Shown one piece after another: positions 36,617-48,016 of a DNA stretch of 64,000 bases. How positions within the stretch are numbered: position 1 is the stretch's first letter; each line of letters starts with the position of its first letter. The position numbers and the translations under genes are program-made. The notes below the pieces were generated by a model, which saw only the letters and a program-made list of their open reading frames with translations, searched no databases and was not told the DNA's origin. The stretch is from Nemertoderma westbladi (lineage: Eukaryota; Animalia; Xenacoelomorpha), in assembly GCA_032718475.1 (NCBI GenBank), contig JAUCBJ010004350.1, forward strand, positions 62,001 to 126,000. Direction: 5' to 3'.

Positions 36617-38765
36617 TGGAGAATCGGGAAGCCTGGAAGGATCTCATTTCCACTGTCCGAGTTTGCTCGACCTAGTAGTAGTTGGAGAATCGGGAAGCCT
36701 GGAAGGATCTCATTTCCACTGTCCGAGTTCGCTCGACCTAGTAGTAGTTGGAGAATCGGGAAGCCTGGAAGGATCTCATTTCCACTGTCCGAGTTCGCGG
36801 ATAATCGGGAAGCCTGGAAGGATCTCATTTCCACTGTCCGAGTTCGCGGAGAATCGGGAAGCCTGGAAGGATCTCAGTTCCACTGTCCGAGTTCGCGAAG
36901 AATCGGGAAGCCTGGAAGGATCTCATTTCCACTGTCCGAGTTCGCGGAGAATCGGGAAGCCTGGAAGGATCTCATTTCGACTGTCCGAGTTCGCTCGACC
37001 TAGTAGTAGTAGTTGGAGAATCGGGATGCCTGGAAGGATCTCATTTCCACTGTCCGAGTTCGCAGAGAATCGGGAAGCCTGGAAGGATCTCATTTCCACT
37101 GTCCGAGTTCGCGGAGAATCGGGAAGCCTGGAAGGATCTCAGTTCCACTGTCCGAGTTCGCGGAGAATCGGGAAGCCTGGAAGGATCTCATTTCCACTGT
37201 CCGAGTTCGCGGAGATTCGGGAAGCCTGGAAGGATCTCATTTCGACTGTCCGAGTTCGCACGTCCTAGTAGTAGTAGTTGGAGAATCGGGAAGCCTGGAA
37301 GGATCTCATTTCCACTGTCCGAGTTCGCTCGACCTAGTAGTAGTTGGAGAATTGGCAAGCCTGGGAGGATCTCAGTTCCACTGTCCGAGTTTGCTCGACC
37401 TAGTAGTAGTTGGAGAATCGGGAGGCCTGGAAGGATCTCATTTCCACTGTCCGAGTTCGCGGAGAATCGGGAAGCCTGGAAGGATCTCATTTCGACTGTC
37501 CGAGTTCGCACGTCCTAGTAGTAGTAGTTGGAGAATCGGGAAGCCTGGAAGGATCTCATTTCCACTGTCCGAGTTCGCTCGACCTAGTAGTAGTTGGAGA
37601 ATTGGCAAGCCTGGGAGGATCTCAGTTCCACTGTCCGAGTTTGCTCGACCTAGTAGTAGTTGGAGAATCGGGAGGCCTGGAAGGATCTCATTTCCACTGT
37701 CCGAGTTCGCGGAGAATCGGGAAGCCTGGAAGGATCTCATTTCGACTGTCCGAGTTCGCACGTCCTAGTAGTAGTAGTTGGAGAATCGGGAAGCCTGGAA
37801 GGATCTCATTTCCACTGTCCGAGTTCGCTCGACCTAGTAGTAGTTGGAGAATTGGCAAGCCTGGGAGGATCTCAGTTCCACTGTCCGAGTTTGCTCGACC
37901 TAGTAGTAGTTGGAGAATCGGGAAGCCTGGAAGGATCTCATTTCCACTGTCCGAGTTCGCGGAGAATCAGTGAAGCCTGGAAGGATCTCATTTCCAGTGT
38001 CCGAGCTCGCTCGACCTAGTAGTAGTAGTTGGAGAATCGGGAAGCCTGGAAGGATCTCATTTCCACTGTCCGAGTTCGCTCGACCTAGTAGTAGTTGGAG
38101 AATTGGCAAGCCTGGGAGGATCTCAGTTCCACTGTCCGAGTTTGCTCGACCTAGTAGTAGTTGGAGAATCGGGAAGCCTGGAAGGATCTCATTTCCACTG
38201 TCCGAGTTCGCGGAGAATCAGTGAAGCCTGGAAGGATCTCATTTCCAGTGTCCGAGCTCGCTCGACCTAGTAGTAGTAGTTGGAGAATCGGGAAGCCAGG
38301 AAGGATCTCATTTCTACTGTCCGAGTTCGCGGAGAATCGGGAAGCCTGGAAGGATCTCATTTCCAGTGTCCGAGCTCGCTCGACCTAGTAGTAGTAGTTG
38401 GAGAATCGGGAAGCCTGGAAGGATCTCATTTCCACTGTCCGAGTTCGCGGAGAATCGGGAAGCCTGGAAGGATCTCATTTCCAGTGTCCGAGCTCGCTCG
38501 ACCTAGTAGTAGTAGTTGGAGAATCGGGAAGCCTGGAAGGATCTCATTTCCACTGTCCGAGTTCGCGGAGAATCGGGAAGCCTGGAAGGATCTCATTTCC
38601 AGTGTCCTAGCTCGCTCGACCTAGTAGTAGTAGTTGGAGAATCGGGAAGCCTGGAAGGATCTCATTTCCACTGTCCGAGTTCGCGGAGAATCGGGAAGCC
38701 TGGAAGGATCTCAGTTCCACTGTCCGAGTTCGCGGAGAATCGGGAAGCCTGGAAGGATCTCATTA
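36549..38765 (+). repeat. Satellite of 49-, 66- and 69-bp units derived from the LINE 3' end
   Basis: GGAGAATCGGGAAGCCTGGAAGGATCTCATTTCCACTGTCCGAGTTCGC with or without TCGACC(TAG)nTT. Confidence 0.95.
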
Positions 38766-38885
38766 TAACACAAAACATATAACAATTATAAACCGCTTTT
38801 GGTCCCACCGACTAAAACAACAAAATAAAGCTAGGCCTATATATATATCTGTATATATATGACTAGGTAATTAATATTATTACAG

Positions 38886-39298
38886 ATGGTTAAAGATATG
38901 AATATTCTAGAACATGAGAAAGTTGATGTAGAGAAGCAACTGGCAGATACGAAGGTTGAATTAGTTGAATTGGAGAACGAGTTAGAAAATAGCAACGATA
39001 CCTCGTTGCGGAAACAGTTGGAATTCAATACTCAAATAACTAATCTAAGTAACCAATTAGAACGCGATAAATTCAACCACGAAAAAGAAACTAACTCGAC
39101 AAAGAAACTAGTTGAAAATCTCAATAATAAGGTTGGCGAGTTGGAGACTCATCGTTTTGAGTTAATAACGGAACTCACGGCGAAGAATAAAGTTATAGAA
39201 ACTCACGAAGTTAATTTCGATAACATTAAATCGGAAGTTGTTGTAATGGAAGCCAGATTGGAGAACATGTGTGAAGAGAAGAATGTTCTACTAGATAG
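38886..39298 (+). CDS. EEA1: EEA1 coiled-coil exon
   Basis: TTACAG|MVKDM...VLLD-AG|GTTGGT, phase 0/2. Confidence 0.85.
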
Positions 39299-41265
39299 GT
39301 TGGTATATATATAATACACCGTTACCGTTAGGTTGGTATATCTATAATACACAGTTAGGTTGGTATATCTATAATACACCGTTAGGTTGGTATATCTATA
39401 AACCGTTAGGTTGGTTAGGTTGGTATATCTATAATACACCGTTAGGTTGGTTAGGTTGGTATATCTATAATACACCGTTAGGTTGGTATATCTATAATAC
39501 ACCGTTAGGTTGGTATATCTATAATACACCGTTAGGTTGGTTAGGTTGGTATATCTATAATACACCGTTAGGTTGGTATATCTATAATACACCGTTAGGT
39601 TGGTATATCTATAATACACCGTTAGGTTGGTATATCTATAATACACCGTTAGGTTGGTATATCTATAATACACCGTTAGGTTGGTATATCTATAATACAC
39701 CGTTAGGTTGGTATATCTATAATACACCGTTAGGTTGATATATCTATAATACACCGTTAGGTTGGTATATCTATAATACACCGTTAGGTTGGTATATCTA
39801 TAATACACCGTTAGGTTGGTATATCTATAATACACCGTTAGGTTGGTATATCTATAATACACAGTTAGGTTGGTATATCTATAATACACCGTTAGGTTGG
39901 TTAGGTTGGTATATCTATAATACACAGTTAGGTTGGTATATCTATAATACACCGTTAGGTTGGTATATCTATAAACCGTTAGGTTGGTTAGGTTGGTGTA
40001 TCTATAATACACCGTTAGGTTGGTATATCTATAATACACCGTTAGGTTGGTATATCTATAATACACCGTTAGGTTGGTTAGGTTGGTATATCTATAATAC
40101 ACCGTTAGGTTGGTATATCTATAATACACCGTTAGGTTGGTATATCTATAATACACCGTTAGGTTGGTATATCTATAATACACCGTTAGGTTGGTATATC
40201 TATAAACCGTTAGGTTGGTTAGGTTGGTGTATCTATAATACACCGTTAGGTTGGTATATCTATAATACACCGTTAGGTTGGTATATCTATAATACACCGT
40301 TAGGTTGGTTAGGTTGTTATATCTATAATACACCGTTAGGTTGGTATATCTATAATACACCGTTAGGTTGGTATATCTATAATACACAGTTAGGTTGGTA
40401 TATCTATAATACACCGTTAGGTTGGTTAGGTTGGTATATCTATAATACACCGTTAGGTTGATATATCTATAATACACCGTTAGGTTGGTATATCTATAAT
40501 ACACCGTTAGGTTGGTTAGGTTGGTATATCTATAATACACCGTTAGGTTGGTATATCTATAATACACAGTTAGGTTGGTATATCTATAATACACCGTTAG
40601 GTTGGTATATCTATAATACACCGTTAGGTTGGTATATCTATAATACACCGTTAGGTTGGTATATCTATAATACACCGTTAGGTGGTATATCTATAATACA
40701 CCGTTAGGTTGGTATATCTATAATACACCGTTAGGTTGGTATATCTATAATACACCATTAGGTTGGTATATTTATAATACACCGTTAGGTTGGTATATCT
40801 ATAATACACCGTTAGGTTGGTATATCTATAATACACCGTTAGGTTGGTATATCTATAATACACCGTTAGGTTGGTATATCTATAATACACCGTTAGGTTG
40901 GTATATCTATAATACACCGTTAGGTTGGTATATCTATAATACACCGTTAGGTTGGTATATCTATAATACACCGTTAGGTTGATATATCTATAATACACCG
41001 TTAGGTTGGTATATCTATAATACACCGTTAGGTTGGTATATCTATAATACACCGTTAGGTTGGTATATCTATAATACACCGTTAGCTTGGTTAGGTTGGT
41101 ATATCTATAGTACACCGTTAGGTTGGTTAGGTTGGTATATCTATAATACACAGTTAGGTTGGTATATCTATAATACACAGTTAGGTTGGTATATCTATAA
41201 TACACAGTTAGGTTGGTATATCTATAATACACAGTTAGGTTGGTATATTTATAAACGTTAGGTTT
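39297..41265 (+). repeat. 27-bp array of the EEA1 donor junction, roughly 70 copies
   Basis: AG|GTTGGTATATCTATAATACACCGTT repeated from the exon end. Confidence 0.95.
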
Positions 41266-41266
41266 G

Positions 41267-42551
41267 TTTATCTGTACACCGTTATGTTAAGGTGTTATCT
41301 GCACACCGTTATGTTAAGGTGTTTATCTGTACACCGTTATGTTAAGGTGTTTATCTGTACACCGTTATGTTAAGGTGTTATCTGCACACCGTTATGTTAA
41401 GGTGTTTATCTGTACACCGTTATGTTAAGGTGTTTATCTGTACACCGTTATGTTAAGGTGTTTATCTGTACACCGTTATGTTAAGGTGTTTATCTGTACA
41501 CCGTTATGTTAAGGTGTTTATCTGTACACCGTTATGTTAAGGTGTTTATCTGTACACCGTTATATTAAGGTGTTTATCTGTACACCGTTATGTTAAGGTG
41601 TTTATCTGTACACCGTTATGTTAAGGTGTTTATCTGTACACCGTTATGTTAAGGTGTTTATCTGTACACCGTTATGTTAAGGTGTTTATCTGTACACCGT
41701 TATGTTAAGGTGTTTATCTATACACCGTTATGTTAAGGTGTTTATCTGTACACCGTTATGTTAAGGTGTTTATCTGTACACCGTTATGTTAAGGTGTTTA
41801 TCTGTACACCGTTATGTTAAGGTGTTTATCTGTACACCGTTATGTTAAGGTGTTTATCTGTACACCGTTATGTTAAGGTGTTTATCTGTACACCGTTATG
41901 TTAAGGTGTTTATCTGTACACCGTTATGTTAAGGTGTTTATCTGTACACCGTTATGTTAAGGTGTTTATCTGTACACCGTTATGTTAAGGTGTTTATCTG
42001 TACACCGTTATGTTAAGGTGTTTATCTGTACACCGTTATGTTAAGGTGTTTATCTGTACACCGTTATGTTAAGGTGTTTATCTATACACCGTTATGTTAA
42101 GGTGTTTATCTGTACACCGTTATGTTAAGGTGTTTATCTGTACACCGTTATGTTAAGGTGTTTATCTGTACACCGTTATGTTAAGGTGTTTATCTGTACA
42201 CCGTTATGTTAAGGTGTTTATCTGTACACCGTTATGTTAAGGTGTTTATCTGTACACCGTTATGTTAAGGTGTTTATCTGTACACCGTTATGTTAAGGTG
42301 TTTATCTGTACACCGTTATGTTAAGGTGTTTATCTGTACACCGTTATGTTAAGGTGTTTATCTGTACACCGTTATGTTAAGGTGTTTATCTGTACACCGT
42401 TATGTTAAGGTGTTTATCTGTACACCGTTATGTTAAGGTGTTTATCTGTACACCGTTATGTTAAGGTGTTTATCTGTACACCGTAGGTGTTTATCTGTAC
42501 ACCGTTATGTTAAGGTGTTTATCTGTACACCGTTATGTTAAGGTGTTTATC
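41267..42551 (+). repeat. 28-bp array of the EEA1 acceptor junction, about 46 copies
   Basis: TGTACACCGTTATGTTAAG|GTGTTTATC; the last copy continues as the exon. Confidence 0.95.
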
Positions 42552-42762
42552 CACCGATTCGGACAATAAGAAGCTGATAAATAAAGTCGCTTCCTGGAAG
42601 GGAAAGTTTGAAGAGGCGGAAATCGCGATGATTGAGTTGGGAAGAGAAAACCAGAGTTTATTAATCGAGAGAAATTCCTTACAGAACAGGAGATGGGTTA
42701 GGGATGATGATATTAATCAGTGTAGCAACTGCAGGAGAGAATTCGCTGCAATCATTAGAAAG
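42543..42762 (+). CDS. EEA1: EEA1 exon (end of coiled coil, start of FYVE)
   Basis: RCL...ELGRENQSL...NRRWVRDD..C..C..F..IRK|GTATTA; ELGRENQSL matches EEA1. Confidence 0.92.
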
Positions 42763-42937
42763 GTATTAATATTGGGTCGGGAACGTACCGTAATTGATTC
42801 CATTATGTAATATTTAGCTACTAAACAAAACTAACCGGTCCAGTGATAACAGCTGACTACTCCTTTACTGTTTGTATTTGTTTCATCAGGTTTAAACTAA
42901 TTTATCTCCTAATGAAATATAATAATTTATTTTCCAG

Positions 42938-43060
42938 CACCATTGTCGTAACTGCGGCAATATTTTCTGCCACGATTGTTCCTCAAAGGAGGAAAAAACT
43001 CCCCATAGCAGGAAGCCAGTGCGGGTCTGTGATCAGTGCTACATCGAGATAAACAGCTGA
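42938..43060 (+). CDS. EEA1: EEA1 last exon (FYVE domain)
   Basis: TTCCAG|[35 protein letters not shown]. Confidence 0.93.
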   Translation, partial: HHCRNCGNIFCHDCSSKEEKTPHSRKPVRVCDQCYIEINS

Positions 43061-43463
43061 TAGACCTTTATGGTACAACAACCAATCGGTGCATTAGAGC
43101 GACGATAGATGGTGATGTGTTCCAATCCAATACCAAAAATAAGGTCACAGTTAGCTGACCAGACCAGACCAGACCATGCAATGATTGACGATTACCTACA
43201 ATATTACCCGCTTTCTAGAACTGCTAATATAATTAACGATACTTAGAAACGGACTGATTTAATATCAGTATTATTATTATTATAATTTATCAAACAGTGT
43301 GGATGTGCTTTATTATCATGTTAAATGTTTTATAGCTATTTATTTATTATATAATATTATTGTAAACATTTTGTGTTTGATTCAACCCGTTTTGGCGAGG
43401 TGGTATGGTAAATCCGGAATGGCGTGCTGTGGTCATTTAAGGCCATGATACACAAAAGGAACG

Positions 43464-46018
43464 GCGAGTGGTAGCGGCATACGGCCGCAGCAGGCGGAAT
43501 CGGCAGGCGGCCGTGGCGGGTGGTAGTAGCGTGTGGTAGCGGCATACGGCCGCAGCAGGCGGAATCGGCAGGCGGCTGTGGCGGGTGGTAGTAGCGAGTG
43601 GTAGCGGCATACGGCCGCAGCAGGCGGCCGTGGCGGGTGGTAGTAGCGAGTGGTAGCGGCATACGGCCGCAGCAGGCGGAATCGGCAGGCGGCCGTGGCG
43701 GGTGGTAGTAGCGAGTGGTAGCGGCATACGGCCGCAGCAGGCGGAATCGGCAGGCGGCCGTGGCGGGTGGTAGTAGCGAGTGGTAGCGGCATACGGCCGC
43801 AGCAGGCGGCCGTGGCGGGTGGTAGTAGCGAGTGGTAGCGGCATACGGCCGCAGCAGGCGGCCGTGGCGGGTGGTAGTAGCGAGTGGTAGCGGCATACGG
43901 CCGCAGCAGGCGGAATCGGCAGGCGGCCGTGGCGGGTGGTAGTAGCGAGTGGTAGCGGCATACGGCCTCAGCAGGCGGATTTGGCAGGCGGCCGTGGCGG
44001 GTGGTAGTAGCGAGTGGTTGCGGCATACGGCCGCAGCAGGCGGAATCGGCAGGCGGCCGTGGCGGGTGGTAGTAGCGAGTGGTAGCGGCATACGGCCGCA
44101 GCAGGCGGCCGTGGCGGGTGGTAGTAGCGAGTGGTTGCGGCATACGGCCGCAGCAGGTGGAATCGGCAGGCGGCCGTGGCGGGTGGTAGTAGCGAGTGGT
44201 AGCGGCATACGGCCGCAGCAGGCGGAATCGGCAGGCGGCCGTGGCGGGTGGTAGTAGCGAGTGGTAGCGACATACGGCCGCAGCAGGCGGCCGTGGCGGG
44301 TGGTAGTAGCGAGTGGTTGCGGCATGCGGCCGCAGCAGGCGGAATCGGCTGGCGAGTGGTAGTAGCGAGTGGTAGCGGCATACGGCCGCAGCAGGCGGCC
44401 GTGGCGGGTGGTAGTAGCGAGTGGTTGCGGCATACGGCCGCAGCAGGCGGAATCGGCAGGCGGCCGTGGCGGGTGGTAGTGGCGAGTGGTAGCGGCATAC
44501 GGCCGCAGCAGGCGGAATCGGCAGGCGGCCGTGGCGGGTGGTAGTAGCGAGTGGTAGCGGCATACGGCCGCAGCCGGCGGAATCGGCAGGCGGCCGTGGC
44601 GGGTGGTAGTAGCGAGTGGTAGCGGTATTCGGCCGCAGCAGGCGGAATCGGCAGGCGGCCGTGGCGGGTGGTAGTAGCGAGTGGTTGCGGCATACGGCCG
44701 CAGCAGGCGGAATCGGCAGGCGGCCGTGGCGGGTGGTAGTAGCGAGTGGTTGCGGCATACGGCCGCAGCAGGCGGAATTGGCAGGCGGCCGTGGCGGGTG
44801 GTAGTAGCGAGTGGTAGCGGCATACGGCCGCAGCAGGCGGAATCGGCAGGCGGCCGTGGCGGGTGGTAGTAGCGAGTGGTAGCGGCATACGGCCGCAGCA
44901 GGCGGAATCGGCAGGCGGCCGTGGCGTGTGGTAGTAGCGAGTGGTAGCGGCATACGGCCGCAGCAGGCGGCCGTGGCGGGTGGTAGTAGCGAGTGGTAGC
45001 GGCATACGGCCGCAGCAGGCGGCCGTGGCGGGTGGTAGTAGCGAGTGGTAGCGGCATACGGCCGCAGCAGGCGGAATCGGCAGGCGGCCGTGGCGGGTGG
45101 TAGTAGCGAGTGGTAGCGGCATACGGCCGCAGCAGGCGGCCGTGGCGGGTGGTAGTAGCGAGTGGTTGCGGCATACGGCCGCAGCAGGCGGAATCGGCAG
45201 GCGGCCGTGGCGGGTGGTAGTAGCGAGTGGTAGCGGCATACGGCCACAGCAGGCGGCCGTGGCGGGTGGTAGTAGCGAGTGGTTGCGGCATACGGCCGCA
45301 GCAGGCGGAATCGGCAGGCGGCCGTGGCGGGTGGTAGTAGCGAGTGGTAGCGGCATATGGCCGCAGCAGGCGGCCGTGGCGGGTGGTAGTAGCGAGTGGT
45401 TGCGGCATACGGCCACAGCAGGCGGAATCGGCAGGCGGCCGTGGCGGGTGGTAGTAGCGAGTGGTAGCGGCATACGGCCGCAGCAGGCGGCCGTGGCGGG
45501 GGGTAGTAGCGAGTGGTAGCGGCCTACGGCCGCAGCAGGCGGAATCGCCAGGCGGCCGTGGCGGGTGGTAGCGGCGAGTGGTAGCGGCATACGGCCGCAG
45601 CAGGCGGAATCGGCAGGCGGCCGTGGCGGGTGGTAGTAGCGAGTGGTAGCGGCATACGGCCGCAGCAGGCGGAATCGGTCGGCGGCCGTGGCGGGTGGTA
45701 GTAGCGAGTGGTAGCGGCATACGGCCGCAGCAGGCGGAATCGGCAGGCGGCCGTGGCGGGTGGTAGTAGCGAGTGGTAGCGGCATACGGCCGCAGCAGGC
45801 GGAATCGTCAGGCGGCCGTGGCGGGTGGTAGTAGCGAGTGGTAGCGGCATACGGCCGCAGCAGGCGGCCGTGGCGGGTGGTAGTAGCGAGTGGTTGCAGC
45901 ATACGGCCGCAACAGGCGGAATCGGCAGGCGGCCGTGGCGGGTGGTAGTAGCGAGTGGTAGCGGCATACGGCCGCAGCAGGCGGCCGTGGCGGGTGGTAG
46001 TAGCGAGTGGTAGCGGCT
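43464..46018. repeat. GC-rich 52/65-bp minisatellite
   Basis: GGCGGCCGTGGCGGGTGGTAGTAGCGAGTGGTAGCGGCATACGGCCGCAGCA with optional GGCGGAATCGGCA. Confidence 0.95.
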
Positions 46019-46440
46019 ACTTTTGGTATGCTACCGAGATCACCCTCACCCGCCCCAATATTTTTCCATAAATATTGTTTGAAAGTTGTAACACAAGCTG
46101 TTTTTAACTTTTTAATTTTACTCGATTATTTAATACGAATTATTTTGTCATCTTAGCTTTTACTAATCGAATTCTAATAAGTTATTTTAAATATTTAAAG
46201 GCAAAATCAGTCTAACATAGCCATTGTGTTGAACAAGACGTGTTTCAAAATTCAGGCTATATTTTAAAGAATGGCCTTAGAGGCCATAATTGACACTAAA
46301 TAGCCAACATTTCTTCCCTTCATGCAATCTGATCAAATCCTTTTTATTTGTGAAAAACTCATAGGCTGCTCGCTGACGGCGCTCGCCGCTCAATAACTAA
46401 AAGGGCTGCGATCTGCAGCGACGAGCGGCACCGGCTATTT

Positions 46441-47459
46441 GTGGTGTATCAACAACCAGAGAGAATAATGTGTTCTATCTTGTAAAAGTGGTCGCTCTCC
46501 ACTACTGTGGTGTATCAACAACCAGAGAGAATAATGTGTTCTATCTTGTAAAAGTGGCCGCTCTCCACTACTGTGGTGTATCAACAACCAGAGAGAATAA
46601 TGTGTTCTATCTTGTAAAAGTGGCCGCCCTCCACTACTGTGGTGTATCAACAACCAGAGAGAATAATGTGTTCTATCTTGTAAAAGTGGCAGCTCTCCAC
46701 TACTGTAGTGTATCAACAACCAGAGAGAATAATGTGTTCTATCTTGTAAAAGTGGCCGCCCTCCACTACTGTGGTGTATCAACAACCAGAGAGAATAATG
46801 TGTTCTATCTTGTAAAAGTGGCCGCTCTCCACTACTAACTGTGGTGTATCAACAACCAGAGAGAATAATGTGTTCTATCTTGTAAAAGTGGCCGCTCTCC
46901 ACTACTAACTGTGGTGTATCAACAACCAGAGAGAATAATGTGTTCTATCTTGTAAAAGTGGCCGCTCTCCACTACTAACTGTGGTGTATCAACAACCAGA
47001 GAGAATAATGTGTTCTATCTTGTAAAAGTGGCCGCTCTCCACTACTAACTGTGGTGTATCAACAACCAGAGAGAATAATGTGTTCTATCTTGTAAAAGTG
47101 GCCGCTCTCCACTACTGTGGTGTATCAACAACCAGAGAGAATAATGTGTTCTATCTTGTAAAAGTGGCCGCTCTCCACTACTGTGGTGTATCAACAACCA
47201 GAGAGAATAATGTGTTCTATCTTGTAAAAGTGGCCGCTCTCCACTACTAACTGTGGTGTATCAACAACCAGAGATAATAATGTGTTCTATCTTGTAAAAG
47301 TGGCCGCTCTCCACTACTGTGGTGTATCAACAACCAGAGAGAATAATGTGTTCTATCTTGTAAAAGTGGCCGCTCTCCACTACTAACTGTGGTGTATCAA
47401 CAACCAGAGAGAATAATGTGTTCTATCTTGTAAAAGTGGTCGCTCTCCACTACTGTGGT
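46441..47459. repeat. 66/70-bp tandem array (about 15 copies), interrupted by the BEL element
   Basis: GTGGTGTATCAACAACCAGAGAG...CTCCACTACT; resumes at 63933. Confidence 0.95.
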
Positions 47460-47588
47460 TATAGAATTATATTCCCTAAATGCCGTGGATTTTCAAAATT
47501 TTATTTTATTCGAATTAACTTTGCTAAAAGATTACATTGAGTCCTCATTTGTATTTGCTATTCCTATTTGAACGATGATTAGTCAAGT

Positions 47589-47673
47589 GGTTCAGTAGCT
47601 CAGTCGGTAGAGCGTTGGAAATTATATGTAGTGTGTATTGAGTTCGAATCCTAGTAGGTGCGAATTATTTTTT
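47589..47673 (+). promoter_or_regulatory. tRNA-like Pol III cassette in the LTR (second copy at 62152-62236)
   Basis: A box TAGCTCAGTCGG (47596), B box GAGTTCGAATCC (47640), T6 terminator (47668). Confidence 0.65.
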
Positions 47674-47739
47674 GTGCAGAATTTCAACTCATTTAAATTG
47701 ACCGCTACAAATTAATTGCATTTTGCTCGAAGTAAGATT

Positions 47740-48016
47740 AACCAATGAGACTGTAGTTATTAGATTGTAACCAATGTCGTACAAGTTATATATTTGCTGG
47801 ACCAATAGCTATCTTTAAAAACCTGTTAGAACCTATAGAACAATCGAGAATTTTCTCGATTGATTGCAGCACAAATTTGCTATATAAAGGTGCGATTTGT
47901 TCATTAGTTATCTTACACAATATATCTATCGTATCTATCTTTCATTCTTTCTCAGTTACATTATTTCAGATTACATTGTTTATTGTATAATAGTTATTGT
48001 TTGATTTTGTAATAAA
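47740..48016 (+). promoter_or_regulatory. LTR Pol II promoter and poly(A) signal
   Basis: Three ACCAAT boxes, TATATAAA at 47881, AATAAA at 48011. Confidence 0.55.

Noticed and set aside
36439-38782. Many overlapping ORFs
   Set aside because: Translations of the LINE-tail satellite.
39203-41232. (YYRYTNLTV)n minus-strand ORFs
   Set aside because: Antisense reading of the 27-bp donor array.
43357-46013. Long Pro/Arg/Ala-rich ORFs
   Set aside because: GC-rich minisatellite open in several frames.
29271-47459. Arrays as CRISPR loci
   Set aside because: No unique spacers, no cas genes, eukaryotic intronic context.
46435-47459. 66-bp array as another splice-junction array of a minus-strand gene
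   Set aside because: Possible AG sites exist but no convincing adjoining exon; unresolved within this window.
47589-47665. True tRNA gene in the LTR (also 11060-11131 and 880-910)
   Set aside because: A/B boxes are present but acceptor and anticodon stems do not pair; these are SINE-like or promoter cassettes.
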